DNA from: Oscillospiraceae bacterium
GTDB lineage: Bacteria > Bacillota > Clostridia > Oscillospirales > JAAYXM01
NCBI GenBank assembly: GCA_017435965.1
Contig: JAFSEA010000042.1
Location: 12,250 to 76,249 of the forward strand
Direction of reading: 5' to 3'
Length of the DNA: 64,000 nt
How positions within the stretch are numbered: position 1 is the first letter of the stretch; each line of letters starts with the position of its first letter. This document shows positions 1-9,769 of this stretch, in pieces. A program made the position numbers and the translations under genes. The notes under the pieces were generated by a model. The model saw only the letters and a list, made by a program, of their open reading frames with translations. It had not been told where the DNA came from and did not search any database.

Positions 1-1
1 T

Positions 2-1462
2 GTGTCGGAATATTCAAACGCCATAACAGAATTTGAAAATTCCCGTCAGATGGTATCTGTCATTATGATAGACAATTATGAGGACATTATGAATGGGCTC
101 AATGACTCCGAGAGGTCAACCGTCACCGCCGAGATTGATAAAAAGCTTGCGGAGTGGACAGCCTCTGCCGGTGGAATCTTCGTTAAATACGAAAAGGACA
201 GATCAATATATCTGTTTGAAGAAAGATATCTCGAAGAATATACATCATCACGATTTGCAATTCTCGATTCCATAAGAGAAATTGAAAGCAAGAACGGAAT
301 GCACGTAACCTTAAGCATAGGTATAGGAAAAGACGGTCAGGGCTTTGGTGAGAATCTCCGCAATGCACGCCTTGCCATAGATATGGCACTCTCACGCGGC
401 GGAGATCAGGCAGTTATCAGAAATAAGTTTAATTTTGAGTTCTTTGGCGGAAGAACAAAGGAACTTGAAAAACGCACAAAAGTAAAATCAAGAGTTATGG
501 CAAATGCCTTGACCGGACTTATAAAGGAAAGCTCCGGAGTTATGGTAATGGGTCATAAGAATGCCGATAATGACAGCGTGGGAGCAGCTGTCGGCATTGT
601 GTGCCTTGCACGGAAGATGAACAAAAAAGCATCCATTGTAATAGGTGAGAAGACAAGTGCAGACTCACTTGTGCTGAAGTTAAAGAATTCGGAAGAATAT
701 AAAGATGCCTTCATCACCGAGGAAGAAGCAATCATAAATGCCGACAACGACACTCTCCTTGTGGTAGTTGATACAAACAGGAAGGTTGTTGTTGAATCTC
801 AGGCACTTCTTGAGTCGGCAAACAAAGTGGCAGTCATTGACCACCACAGAAGAGGAACGGAGTATATCGAAGGTGCGGTGCTTAACTTCCACGAGCCATA
901 TGCATCAAGCGCCTGTGAGCTTGTCACCGAGCTTCTTCAATATATTATCGAGTCAAGAGATGTTCTGCAGATTGAAGCCGAAGCACTCCTTTCGGGCATA
1001 GTCATAGACACAAAGAAGTTCACAATGAAGACCGGTGCGAGAACCTTTGAGGCTGCGGCATATCTTCGTCGTGCAGGTGCTGACACCGTTGAACTCAAAA
1101 GAATCCTTCAGGATGATATTGAAACATATGTCCAGCGTGCAGAGCTTGTAAAGCTCGCAAAAATGTACAAAGAAAAGATTGCCATAGTTGTATATGAGGG
1201 AACAAGTACGAGGATAACTGCTGCTCAGGCGGCAGACGAGCTTCTCTCCATCCGGGGCGTTGGTGCTTCGTTTGTATTGTATAAAGAGCAGGGAAGTGTT
1301 ATCATATCAGCGCGTTCTCTCGGTGAGATAAATGTTCAGGTAATACTTGAAAAGCTTGGCGGCGGAGGTCATTTCGACACGGCAGGTGCTCAGGTTCGTG
1401 ACAGAGAGCTTGATGATGTTGCAAATGAACTCAAGTCCGTCATTGACGATTTGGTAAATTAG
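2..1462 (+). CDS. gdpP: c-di-AMP phosphodiesterase GdpP family, C-terminal ~486 aa (degenerate GGDEF-like region + DHH/DHHA1); 5' end cut by window edge
   Basis: ORF is open at the window start. DHH-family motifs occur in order (HKNADNDSVGAA, VVVDTN, AVIDHHRR, LGGGGH). The gdpP-rplI-dnaB neighbourhood is typical of Bacillota. Confidence 0.8.
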   Translation: MSEYSNAITEFENSRQMVSVIMIDNYEDIMNGLNDSERSTVTAEIDKKLAEWTASAGGIFVKYEKDRSIYLFEERYLEEYTSSRFAILDSIREIESKNGMHVTLSIGIGKDGQGFGENLRNARLAIDMALSRGGDQAVIRNKFNFEFFGGRTKELEKRTKVKSRVMANALTGLIKESSGVMVMGHKNADNDSVGAAVGIVCLARKMNKKASIVIGEKTSADSLVLKLKNSEEYKDAFITEEEAIINADNDTLLVVVDTNRKVVVESQALLESANKVAVIDHHRRGTEYIEGAVLNFHEPYASSACELVTELLQYIIESRDVLQIEAEALLSGIVIDTKKFTMKTGARTFEAAAYLRRAGADTVELKRILQDDIETYVQRAELVKLAKMYKEKIAIVVYEGTSTRITAAQAADELLSIRGVGASFVLYKEQGSVIISARSLGEINVQVILEKLGGGGHFDTAGAQVRDRELDDVANELKSVIDDLVN

Positions 1463-1493
1463 ATTAAAAAGTTTTCTACGGAGGTAATATAAA

Positions 1494-1940
1494 ATGAAAG
1501 TAATTCTCAATGCAGATGTAAAAGGACAGGGCAAAAAAGGACAGATTGTAAATGTATCCGACGGATATGCAAGAAACTTCCTTTTCCCCAAAAATCTCGC
1601 AAAGGAAGCAACTGCCGATAATCTCAATGCGGCAAAAATCAAAGAGGCTGCGGATATTGCACGTCTTGCCCGTGAGAAGGCAGCAGCTGAAGAGCTTGCA
1701 AAAACTCTCTCCGAGCTTGTTGTCGAGGTTCGTGCAAAGGCAGGCTCAAACGGAAGACTCTTCGGTTCAATAACGGCAACGGATATTTCCGATGCACTTA
1801 AGAAACAACACAAGATTGAGATAGACCGTCATAAGATCGTGCTTGAAGAGAATATCAAGCAGTTTGGCACTTATGAAGTAAAAGCAAAGCTTTACAGCGA
1901 AGTAAGCGGGAAGTTCCGCGTTAAGGTCTGTGAGGCATAA
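1494..1940 (+). CDS. rplI: 50S ribosomal protein L9
   Basis: 148 aa. The N-terminus [33 protein letters not shown] is the conserved L9 signature. GGAGG RBS upstream. Confidence 0.95.
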   Translation: MKVILNADVKGQGKKGQIVNVSDGYARNFLFPKNLAKEATADNLNAAKIKEAADIARLAREKAAAEELAKTLSELVVEVRAKAGSNGRLFGSITATDISDALKKQHKIEIDRHKIVLEENIKQFGTYEVKAKLYSEVSGKFRVKVCEA

Positions 1941-1986
1941 TGCAGGAGAAGAACCGTATTGATAACGGTTTTTGGGAGGTAAGGTT

Positions 1987-3297
1987 ATGGATGAGCTTAT
2001 AGGTGCAAGGCTTCCGCACAATGTGGAAGCGGAGCAGTCGGTACTCGGCTCAATGCTTCTTGATGAACGCTGCGTTCCGGAAGTTATGGAACATCTTCGG
2101 AGTGAAGATTTTTATGTATCGCAGAATCGCGCAATTTTTGAAGCAATGCAGAGTATGTTCACCCTCAATGAAACAATAGACCCTGTCACGGTTATAGATA
2201 AGCTCACTGTTCGAGGTACTCTTGATGCGGCGGGGGGAAGAACATATATATTGAAGCTCCTTGATGTCACGCCCACAGCAGTAAATGTTGCACAGTATAT
2301 CAAGATAGTAAGAGACAGAGCTGTGCTTCGCAACCTTGATGAGATTACTGCGGAGATTCACGAGGTGATAGCCTCGGGTGAGGGTGAAGCGGATGCCGTT
2401 GTGGAGTTCGCAGAGCAGAAAATATATGAGATAAGAAACGAGAAAAAAGCGAAGGGTATGGCACCTATCCGTGATGTTCTCGAAAATACATATGCACATC
2501 TCGGACATCTTGCAAAAAATGCAGGAAAGCTCCCCGGTGTTTCCACAGGCTTTTCAACCGTTGATGCTTTTCTTTCGGGACTCAATGATTCTGACTTTAT
2601 CATTCTTGCGGCAAATACCGGTGTCGGTAAAACGAGTTTCGCTCTCAATATCTGTTCAAATGCGGCAAAAAGTTGCGGTAAGGCAGTAGTTGTATTCTCA
2701 CTTGAAATGTCAAATGAACAGCTCGCTCTGCGACTCATTGCAGGAGATGCACTTATCGATTCAAAAAAGCTTCGTACCGGAATTCTAAATGAAGAAGAGT
2801 GGGTGGCTATTGCCCATGCTTCGGAAAACCTTGCAAATACAAAGATATATCTCGCCGATGCTACCGGCGTTACGGTAAATGAGATGAAGGCAAAATGCCG
2901 AAGACTCAATGAAGAAATCGGACTTGTAATAGTGGATTATCTCCAGCTTGTACAGTCGGGAATAAAGAGTGACAGCCGTGCAAATGAAGTTGCGGCAATT
3001 TCACGAGCACTTAAAATTATGGCAAAAGACCTCAATGTTCCGATTCTTTGCCTTTCTCAGCTTTCCCGAAGCAGCGATAAGCAGGAAAGACGTCCTCGTC
3101 TTTCGGACCTTCGAGAATCGGGAGCTATTGAGCAGGATGCCGATGTGGTTATGATTCTTTACAGAGAGAACCCCGAAACTCCCGAAACGGTAAAGCTTCT
3201 TATAGAGAAGAACCGTCACGGAAGCACAGGTGATATAGACCTTCATTGGGATGGTAAATACACAAAGTTTACATCTATTGATACACATGGTTACTAA
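1987..3297 (+). CDS. dnaB: Replicative DNA helicase DnaB (DnaC of B. subtilis nomenclature)
   Basis: N-terminal LPHNVEAEQSVLGSML motif and Walker A ANTGVGKTSFAL. RecA-like C-terminal motifs are present (VVDYLQL, LSQLSR). ATG 1987 lies 8 nt after GGGAGG; the ORF track starts at TTG 1972. Confidence 0.93.
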   Translation: MDELIGARLPHNVEAEQSVLGSMLLDERCVPEVMEHLRSEDFYVSQNRAIFEAMQSMFTLNETIDPVTVIDKLTVRGTLDAAGGRTYILKLLDVTPTAVNVAQYIKIVRDRAVLRNLDEITAEIHEVIASGEGEADAVVEFAEQKIYEIRNEKKAKGMAPIRDVLENTYAHLGHLAKNAGKLPGVSTGFSTVDAFLSGLNDSDFIILAANTGVGKTSFALNICSNAAKSCGKAVVVFSLEMSNEQLALRLIAGDALIDSKKLRTGILNEEEWVAIAHASENLANTKIYLADATGVTVNEMKAKCRRLNEEIGLVIVDYLQLVQSGIKSDSRANEVAAISRALKIMAKDLNVPILCLSQLSRSSDKQERRPRLSDLRESGAIEQDADVVMILYRENPETPETVKLLIEKNRHGSTGDIDLHWDGKYTKFTSIDTHGY

Positions 3298-4636
3298 AAT
3301 TAAAAATACGATAAAACAGAATAATATGTTGAGCTGTGGAGAGCGAATTCTTGTGGCTTTCTCCGGTGGTGCAGACTCCGTAGTTTTATTGGACGTGCTT
3401 GTTGCTTTGTCAGAAGAGCTTGGGATTTCTGTGTGTGCGGCACATCTGAATCATATGCTGCGTGGAAAAGATGCCGACGCTGATGCGGAATTTACACGCA
3501 GACGTTGTGAGAAATACGGAATCGGCTACATATCCGAGTGCGTTGATGTGGCGGCATATGCAAAGGAAAAAGGTGAGTCAACAGAGCTTGCGGCGCGCAA
3601 TGTGCGCTATGATTTTCTGCACAGGGCAAAAGCTCATTTTTCTGCAGACAGGATTGCAACGGCACACAATGCAAACGACAATCTCGAAACCATACTTTTC
3701 AATGTATCCCGTGGAAGCGGCATTGACGGACTTTGCGGCATTCCGCCCGTGAGGGACGATATAATCCGTCCGCTTATAGAAACCACAAGAGCTGAAATAG
3801 AAAATTACGCAAAAGAAAAAGAACTTTCTTTCCGCACGGATAAAACAAATGCAGAAACCGTCTATTCAAGAAACAAGTTGCGTCATATGGCACTTCCCGT
3901 GCTTTCGGAGATAAATCCGATGGCTGTGGAAAACGCCGCCCGTATGTCAAGACTTCTCCGTGAAGATGCAGAGTTTTTGAAAAATGCGGCAATAAATGTC
4001 GCAAAGGAAATATCGCTTTCGGAGCACGTCTGCAAACGTTTTGATATGGTAAAACTTTCCGATGGAATGTTTGGCAGGGTTTGTGAGCTTTTTGCCAAAA
4101 GAGCTTTGAGAAAAGATAACTATACTCTTGAATATAAGCACATCTCATCTATAAGAAAGCTTGCTTCCGGGAACAACCCGTCCGGAGAAATATATCTTCC
4201 GGATGAGCTCTGTGTGCGATGTGAATATGAAAAGCTTGTTTTTGAAAAGAGGGAGGAAAGCAGAGCGCTTTCGGTGCAGAATCTTAATTTCGGAGAAAAT
4301 ATCTTCGGAGAATATAAGATTTTTCTGGAAAAAACAAAAAAAAATGGAAAAGTTAATAATTCCGTAAATACTTTTTTTGTTTTGTGTGATAAAATTAGCG
4401 GTGGTTTGTTTGTGCGTCCGAGAAAAGAAGGCGACAGGATCAAATTGTCGGCACGACCGGGAAAGAGCATTAAAAAATTGCTTATTGATGAGCATATTCC
4501 CAAAAACGTGAGGGATAAAATTCCGATAATAGCGGATGAAGAAAAGGTTTTGGCTTTGTTCGGATTCGGAACAGATGAAAGTGTTATACCGGAAAACGGG
4601 CAGGAATGCTTTGAAATCCGGATAGAGAAATTATAA
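3287..4636 (+). CDS. tilS: tRNA(Ile)-lysidine synthetase TilS
   Basis: PP-loop motif ILVAFSGGADS and tilS-hpt-ftsH synteny. Start is uncertain (3251, 3287 or 3326); 3287 gives the usual ~20 aa before the PP-loop and overlaps the dnaB stop by 11 nt. Confidence 0.85.
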   Translation: MVTKIKNTIKQNNMLSCGERILVAFSGGADSVVLLDVLVALSEELGISVCAAHLNHMLRGKDADADAEFTRRRCEKYGIGYISECVDVAAYAKEKGESTELAARNVRYDFLHRAKAHFSADRIATAHNANDNLETILFNVSRGSGIDGLCGIPPVRDDIIRPLIETTRAEIENYAKEKELSFRTDKTNAETVYSRNKLRHMALPVLSEINPMAVENAARMSRLLREDAEFLKNAAINVAKEISLSEHVCKRFDMVKLSDGMFGRVCELFAKRALRKDNYTLEYKHISSIRKLASGNNPSGEIYLPDELCVRCEYEKLVFEKREESRALSVQNLNFGENIFGEYKIFLEKTKKNGKVNNSVNTFFVLCDKISGGLFVRPRKEGDRIKLSARPGKSIKKLLIDEHIPKNVRDKIPIIADEEKVLALFGFGTDESVIPENGQECFEIRIEKL

Positions 4637-4642
4637 TAAGAT

Positions 4643-5200
4643 TTGGGAGTGGGGATTTTGGAAAAGGATATAGCAAGAGTTCTTTTGACGGAAGAACAAA
4701 TAAAAGAAAAGGTAAAATTCCTCGGAAGTGAAATAAAACGTGCATACGGAGATAAAAATCCGCTTATATTATGTATATTGAAAGGTTCGCTCATTTTCAC
4801 GGCTGATCTTGTCCGTTGCCTTGATTTCCCCTGCACGATTGATTTTATGCAGGCTTCAAGTTATGGCTTGGGTTCAGAAACAACGGGAAAACTGAAAATT
4901 AAAAAGGATATGGATACCGATGTTCACGGACGCGATGTAATAATCGTAGAGGATATCCTTGACACGGGAGTTACTCTTTCAAATCTCATCCCGGAGTTAA
5001 AAAACAGGGGTGCAAGAAATGTAGTGCTTTGTGTACTTTTAAACAAACCCGAGCGTCGTCGCATAGAAGTGAAAACCGACTTTGTCGGATTTGAAATAGA
5101 AAACGAATTTGTGGTAGGCTATGGTCTGGACTATGCGGAAAAATACAGAAACTTACCATATGTGGGGATTTTGAAACCCGAAGTGTATGAAAATAATTAA
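4643..5200 (+). CDS. hpt: Hypoxanthine(-guanine) phosphoribosyltransferase
   Basis: PRPP-binding motif VIIVEDILDTGVTL and a C-terminal VVGYGLDYAEKYRNLPY motif. An in-frame alternative TTG start at 4658 follows GGGAG. Confidence 0.92.
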   Translation: MGVGILEKDIARVLLTEEQIKEKVKFLGSEIKRAYGDKNPLILCILKGSLIFTADLVRCLDFPCTIDFMQASSYGLGSETTGKLKIKKDMDTDVHGRDVIIVEDILDTGVTLSNLIPELKNRGARNVVLCVLLNKPERRRIEVKTDFVGFEIENEFVVGYGLDYAEKYRNLPYVGILKPEVYENN

Positions 5201-5219
5201 GATAAGGATGTGACATCAA

Positions 5220-7160
5220 GTGAAAAAGAAAAGCAGCTTCAGGGACATAGTGCTTTTTCTGATGATAATTGCAATGCTTGTCGCTGTGGCATCTTTCCTT
5301 TTTGAGGAAAGGGCTCCGGAAAAGATAAAGTATTCGGATGTGGTGCATCAGATTAAGGACAAAAATGTAGAAAAAGTCCTGATAGACGGTGAGGAAATTC
5401 TCAGGCTGACGTTGAAGCAACCTCACGGAGGAATGAAAGAGATAAGCTTTGACCTGTCTGATCAGTATATCCGCACAGAGTTCCAGCGCGATTGCGTGCC
5501 CCTTATTTTAGAACAGGTTAAAGAAGACCATATTGAATATGATATTCTTCCTGCAGAAGGTTCTCCCTGGTGGATGATGTTTTTGCCCTACATTATAGTT
5601 ATCGTTGTCATTGGAATCATGTGGTTCTTTATGTATAGCAAGGCAGATGGCGGAGCAGGTAAGGCAATGCGCTTCGGAAAAGCACGCACAAAGCTTGGAA
5701 GCGATGAGAAAAAGAAGGTAACTTTTGCCGATGTTGCAGGTGCAGAGGAAGAAAAGCAGGAGCTTTCGGAAATAGTTGATTTTCTGAAAGAACCGAAAAA
5801 GTTCACCGAGATTGGTGCAAGAATCCCCAAGGGCGTTCTTCTTGTAGGCCCTCCGGGAACAGGTAAAACATATATCGCGAAGGCAGTTGCAGGTGAGGCG
5901 GGAGTTCCGTTCCTCTCGATTTCCGGTTCCGACTTTGTTGAGCTTTATGTCGGTGTCGGTGCATCCCGTGTACGTGACCTTTTTGATCAGGCGAAAAAAT
6001 CTGCCCCTGCAATCATATTTATTGATGAAATTGATGCCGTCGGTCGTCACCGTGGCGCAGGCTATGGTGGTGGTCACGATGAACGTGAACAGACCCTCAA
6101 CCAGCTCCTTGTTGAGATGGACGGTTTCGGAAATAACGAAGGCGTTATCATAATTGCGGCAACAAACCGCCCGGATATCCTTGACCCGGCACTTATGCGC
6201 CCGGGAAGATTTGACCGCCAGGTTTATGTCGGACTTCCGGATCTCAACGATCGTGAAAAGGTTCTTGAAATCCACGCAAAAACAAAGAAGCTCGGAAACA
6301 ATGTTTCTCTCCGTGATGTTGCAAGATCAACAAGCGGTTTCTCACCGGCTGACCTTGAAAATCTTCTCAACGAGTCTGCACTTCATGCGGCTCGTCGCGG
6401 AGATACAAGTATCAACCAGAAGGATATTGAAGAGTCGATGCTCAAGATAATCGCAGGTCCTGCAAAGAAAGCAAAGGTAAGAAGTAAGCAGGTCAATAAG
6501 CTTACTGCATACCACGAAGCAGGTCATGCCATCGCAATGAAATTCCTTCCCACGCAGGACCCTGTACATCACATTTCAATTCTGCCCCGAGGTATGGCAA
6601 ACGGATATACCATTTCTTTGCCGCGTCAGGATGTTTATTCCGTGTCAAAGAAGGAAATGGAAGAGCAGATCGTCTCACTCCTCGGTGGACGTGTTGCGGA
6701 AAAGCTTGTGCTTGAAGACATTTCCACAGGCGCATCTCACGACTTGAAGCGTGCATCACAGATTGCACGCGATATGGTAACAAAATATGGTATGAGTGAA
6801 AAGCTTGGTCCCGTGAGCTTCGCAGAGGATAACGGAGAAGTATTCCTCGGACGTGATTTTGCATCAAAACGCACTTATTCCGAAGCTGTTGCAAGTGCTA
6901 TTGACGAAGAAGTTCGTGCAATTATCGAAGCGGCATACAGTAACTGTGAAAAGATTCTCACGGATAATATGGATAAGCTTCACGAGGTTGCAAACTTCCT
7001 CCTTGAAAAAGAGACTATGGAAGCAAAAGACTTCTACGCAGTATTCGGTGAAGATGTTCCGCCTTCAATTGCGGAAGAAACCGAAGATGCTCCTGCAGAA
7101 AATGTAAACGCAGAGGAAAACACGGAAGCAACACAGGAAGAAAACAAGGAAAACGAATAA
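5220..7160 (+). CDS. ftsH: ATP-dependent zinc metalloprotease FtsH
   Basis: Two N-terminal TM segments, AAA Walker A GPPGTGKT, Walker [12 protein letters not shown] region, HEAGH zinc motif. GTG start. Confidence 0.97.
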   Translation: MKKKSSFRDIVLFLMIIAMLVAVASFLFEERAPEKIKYSDVVHQIKDKNVEKVLIDGEEILRLTLKQPHGGMKEISFDLSDQYIRTEFQRDCVPLILEQVKEDHIEYDILPAEGSPWWMMFLPYIIVIVVIGIMWFFMYSKADGGAGKAMRFGKARTKLGSDEKKKVTFADVAGAEEEKQELSEIVDFLKEPKKFTEIGARIPKGVLLVGPPGTGKTYIAKAVAGEAGVPFLSISGSDFVELYVGVGASRVRDLFDQAKKSAPAIIFIDEIDAVGRHRGAGYGGGHDEREQTLNQLLVEMDGFGNNEGVIIIAATNRPDILDPALMRPGRFDRQVYVGLPDLNDREKVLEIHAKTKKLGNNVSLRDVARSTSGFSPADLENLLNESALHAARRGDTSINQKDIEESMLKIIAGPAKKAKVRSKQVNKLTAYHEAGHAIAMKFLPTQDPVHHISILPRGMANGYTISLPRQDVYSVSKKEMEEQIVSLLGGRVAEKLVLEDISTGASHDLKRASQIARDMVTKYGMSEKLGPVSFAEDNGEVFLGRDFASKRTYSEAVASAIDEEVRAIIEAAYSNCEKILTDNMDKLHEVANFLLEKETMEAKDFYAVFGEDVPPSIAEETEDAPAENVNAEENTEATQEENKENE

Positions 7161-7163
7161 TAC

Positions 7164-7200
7164 AAAAGCTATCTGCAAAAAAATGCAGATAGCTTTTCAG
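7164..7200 (+). terminator. Intrinsic-terminator-like hairpin, copy 1 (13-bp stem, 6-nt A loop, short T tail) 3 nt after the ftsH stop
   Basis: aaagctatctgca-aaaaaa-tgcagatagcttt followed by tc. Identical to 7474-7507. Confidence 0.6.
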
Positions 7201-7473
7201 CGTGTCGAAAAACTTTCGACACGCTGGGAGGCTGTCCAAAAAGGTGTGAGATTTTCCGAATGGAACCCGAAGGTGTATGTTGACACATCGAGAGGTGACA
7301 CTTCGGGAAAAACAAGCGAAAAAGTCCTTGAAACTCGATGTTTCAAGGACTTTTGTGAAAACTATGCATCTTTTTGAAAATCAGGTTATTCGAAAAATCC
7401 GAGACGGAACGACCGGTTGTCGTTCCCTATATGCATTTCTTCGCTTGTGGTCTCGCACCTTTTTCGACAGTCT
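7198..7473 (+). other. Unclassified 276-nt hairpin-dense non-coding insert (candidate structured sRNA or MITE-like element)
   Basis: No credible ORF. Perfect hairpins at 7197-7225 (13 bp) and 7319-7353 (14 bp), and an 8-bp stem at 7405-7425. The long-range helix 7228-7250/7450-7472 pairs at 22/23 positions, with two G:U pairs valid only on the + strand. Terminal inverted repeats 7197-7211 vs 7459-7473 match at 13/15. Confidence 0.45.
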
Positions 7474-7513
7474 GAAAGCTATCTGCAAAAAAATGCAGAT
7501 AGCTTTTCTTTTA
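7474..7513. terminator. Intrinsic terminator hairpin, copy 2, probably bidirectional (ends the + strand transcript and the convergent SGNH hydrolase gene)
   Basis: Same 34-nt hairpin as 7164-7197, followed by ttttcttttatt. It abuts the stop codon of the - strand gene at 7514. Confidence 0.7.
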
Positions 7514-8161
7514 TTACTTTATTTCTTCAAATTTCTTTATCCATTCTTTTGTTATGAGAGCGTGACCCGAAGTGTTGGGATGAACTCCGTCGGTGAGCCA
7601 GTAGGAGGGATTTTCAGGATTATAGAGAGTATCAAACTTTTCCTGAAGCGGGATGAAGGGAAGATTATATTTTTCAGAAACTCTCTTTGCGGCAGCTGCT
7701 TTGTCAAGAACATCTGCGCGGAAAGCAGGATAAATCTCTTCGCCGCTTGCATTTTCGGATGTGCCGTTTCCTTTGAGAACAAAGGGTTCAAGAATCATTA
7801 TCTTAAGGTTTGGCAGAGCTTTTTGAAGCTCCTCAATAAGCATTGAATATACCTTTTCAAACTTATCTGTTGCAACGCCGTTGGGACTTTCCGAGAACTC
7901 ATGCCACACATCGTTTACTCCGATTAAAAGACTCATATAATCGGGTTTGAGATTTATGATATCACGCTTCATTCTGGCATAGATATCCACGATGCGATTG
8001 CCTGATATTCCGCGGTTTATAAACTCATATTCCTCTGGATAAGCAAGTCCGAGCTCTCCCGAGACCATTGTTGCATATCCGTGACCTCTCCAATCATTGC
8101 GCTCATAGGAACGGCCTGCATCCGTTATTGAGTCGCCTTGAAAAAGAATTACTTTCGACAT
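7514..8161 (-). CDS. SGNH/GDSL-family hydrolase (lipase/acylhydrolase-like)
   Basis: N-terminal block I motif ILFQGDSITD, block III GVND, C-terminal DGVHP (Asp-x-x-His). Confidence 0.85.
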   Translation of the reverse strand: MSKVILFQGDSITDAGRSYERNDWRGHGYATMVSGELGLAYPEEYEFINRGISGNRIVDIYARMKRDIINLKPDYMSLLIGVNDVWHEFSESPNGVATDKFEKVYSMLIEELQKALPNLKIMILEPFVLKGNGTSENASGEEIYPAFRADVLDKAAAAKRVSEKYNLPFIPLQEKFDTLYNPENPSYWLTDGVHPNTSGHALITKEWIKKFEEIK

Positions 8162-8299
8162 TATTCATTTCTCCTTATTACTTGAATTACAGTAATTATA
8201 AAACAGAAGAAAACAAAAATCAAGACAAGTCATTGCTTTTTACGTAACATACACATCAAATCCGCAAAATATAATGTATAAGAAAGGGGAGACTTATCT

Positions 8300-8575
8300 G
8301 TGGAGAAGGACAGTTTCAGAGTGCGTGCGTCGCGGCTTTTTGATATTCCGCAGGATATTCCGGGCGGGCTTTTACATATAGAAATGACGGGGGATCGGGA
8401 GGTGTTTGTGGAAAACCATAAAGGGATTCTTGAACTTTCGGAAAATGAGGTAATTCTCAGCTTCGGAAAAGCGGGGAAACTTCATATTCAGGGCAGTAAT
8501 CTTGCCGTTACCGCAATGAATCCGGAAGAAATTCGTCTTTCGGGAATAATAGGGAATGTGGCTTTTGGCGGATAG
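8300..8575 (+). CDS. yqfC: Sporulation protein YqfC (YabP family)
   Basis: 91 aa, GTG start after GGGGAG. The YabP/YqfC-like pattern is present (LHIEMTGDREVFVENHKGILELSENEVIL). It sits directly upstream of yqfD-phoH-ybeY as in B. subtilis. Confidence 0.8.
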   Translation: MEKDSFRVRASRLFDIPQDIPGGLLHIEMTGDREVFVENHKGILELSENEVILSFGKAGKLHIQGSNLAVTAMNPEEIRLSGIIGNVAFGG

Positions 8576-8587
8576 GAGAGATGAATT

Positions 8588-9769
8588 TTGCAAAAAATAA
8601 TAAACTTCTTCCTCGGAAGTGTATATGTGCGTATTGAAACATCCTATCCGGAACGCTTTTTGAATCTGTGTGCAAAATTCGGTATAGCATTTTGGGATAT
8701 GTCAAATGAAGCGATAGATGTAATTTTTGTGCGTATGACGGTGAGAAACTTCAGAAGACTTCCCGATGTGGTGAGAAAAGTGCCTTGCCGGGTTCATATA
8801 ACCGAAAAAAACGGACTTCCTTTCTTTTTGCATCGTTTCAGAAAACGCAAGGCATTGGTTCTGGGATGTATGGCATTTTGTGTTGCGGCGTGGATTTTCA
8901 CAAGCTTTGTCTGGGTTATAGACATTGAAGGCTTTTCGGGACTTGATACCGAAAAACTCAATGAAAATCTCCGGAAATATGGACTTGACGTTGGTGTATA
9001 TGCCTCCGGTGTGGATGTTGATGCCATAAAAAACAATATCCTCATAGAAATGCCCGAGTTGTCATATGTTTCCGTGAATTTAAACGGAGCTTATGCATAT
9101 GTTACGGTGAAGAAACGGTCAATGCCGCCGGAAATATTGTCAAAGGAAATTCCCTGTGACATAATAGCAGATAAGGACGGAACAATATCCGACATAACTG
9201 TAAAAAGTGGAACGCCCCAGGTAAAACGGGGAGATGCGGTAATAAAAGGTCAGCTTCTTGCAAGCGGATATATAACAGGTCGGGCAGGCACAACGATTAT
9301 AACCCATGCCGATGCGGAAATCCGTGCTGATATATGGCGGAAGGTTTCTGCAAGGATGCTGAAAAAATATGAGAAAAAAGTGTATTCGGGACGGGAAGAA
9401 AAAGTCTATACGATAATTTTACCGAAAAGGCGGATAAAATTATCATTTAATAGTGGAATTTCATATGCCAAGTGTGATAAAATAATAGAAACAACGGAGC
9501 TTGAATTTTTCGGAGGCATAAAACTTCCTCTTGCTCTTGAATGTGAGACATTTCGGGAGTATAAAACGGAAGCCTCTTTCTTTACCGATGCGGAAATCTT
9601 TGATGAGCTTGGGCAGGATGTACATTCCTGTCTTATTCCGGGAGAAGATGCCGTGGAAAAGGATTCCGATTTTGTAACCTCCTCCGATGATACATTCGCA
9701 TATGCAACTCTCACGGTAAAACACAATGAGCCAATAGGAGAGAAGAGAGAAATACTTAAGAATGGGTGA
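8588..9769 (+). CDS. yqfD: Sporulation protein YqfD (stage IV sporulation family)
   Basis: 393 aa. The N-terminus GSVYVRIETSYPERFLNLCAKFGIAFWD is typical of YqfD, and there is one central TM segment. Synteny supports the call. Confidence 0.85.
   Translation: MQKIINFFLGSVYVRIETSYPERFLNLCAKFGIAFWDMSNEAIDVIFVRMTVRNFRRLPDVVRKVPCRVHITEKNGLPFFLHRFRKRKALVLGCMAFCVAAWIFTSFVWVIDIEGFSGLDTEKLNENLRKYGLDVGVYASGVDVDAIKNNILIEMPELSYVSVNLNGAYAYVTVKKRSMPPEILSKEIPCDIIADKDGTISDITVKSGTPQVKRGDAVIKGQLLASGYITGRAGTTIITHADAEIRADIWRKVSARMLKKYEKKVYSGREEKVYTIILPKRRIKLSFNSGISYAKCDKIIETTELEFFGGIKLPLALECETFREYKTEASFFTDAEIFDELGQDVHSCLIPGEDAVEKDSDFVTSSDDTFAYATLTVKHNEPIGEKREILKNG

Noticed and set aside
7228-7472. Assignment of the structured insert to SRP RNA, 6S RNA, RNase P RNA or tmRNA
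   Set aside because: It lacks the SRP helix-8 signature (…GGAAGCAGC…-type motif), the RNase P conserved GAGGAAAGUCC-type core, and a tRNA-like end or tag ORF. The architecture is a closing helix around several independent hairpins, not the single interrupted rod with a central bubble typical of 6S. No supportable class assignment can be made without cmscan.
7164-7507. Possible CRISPR-like repeat (two identical 34-nt palindromic repeats)
   Set aside because: There are only two copies, the 'spacer' is 276 nt (far too long), no cas genes are present, and the repeats behave as terminator hairpins at gene ends.
7277-7846. 189-aa + strand ORF spanning the structured insert and running into the SGNH hydrolase gene
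   Set aside because: It lies antisense to a well-supported GDSL-motif gene for most of its length. It has no RBS, its composition is low-complexity Phe/Leu/Lys-rich, and it begins inside hairpin-dense non-coding sequence.
8229-8256. Possible sigma-E promoter upstream of yqfC (CATACACAT -10-like at 8248-8256, TCATT -35-like at 8230-8234)
   Set aside because: The -10 resembles CATACA-T, but the spacer to the best -35-like element is about 3 nt shorter than the consensus as I recall it. That is not enough to call.
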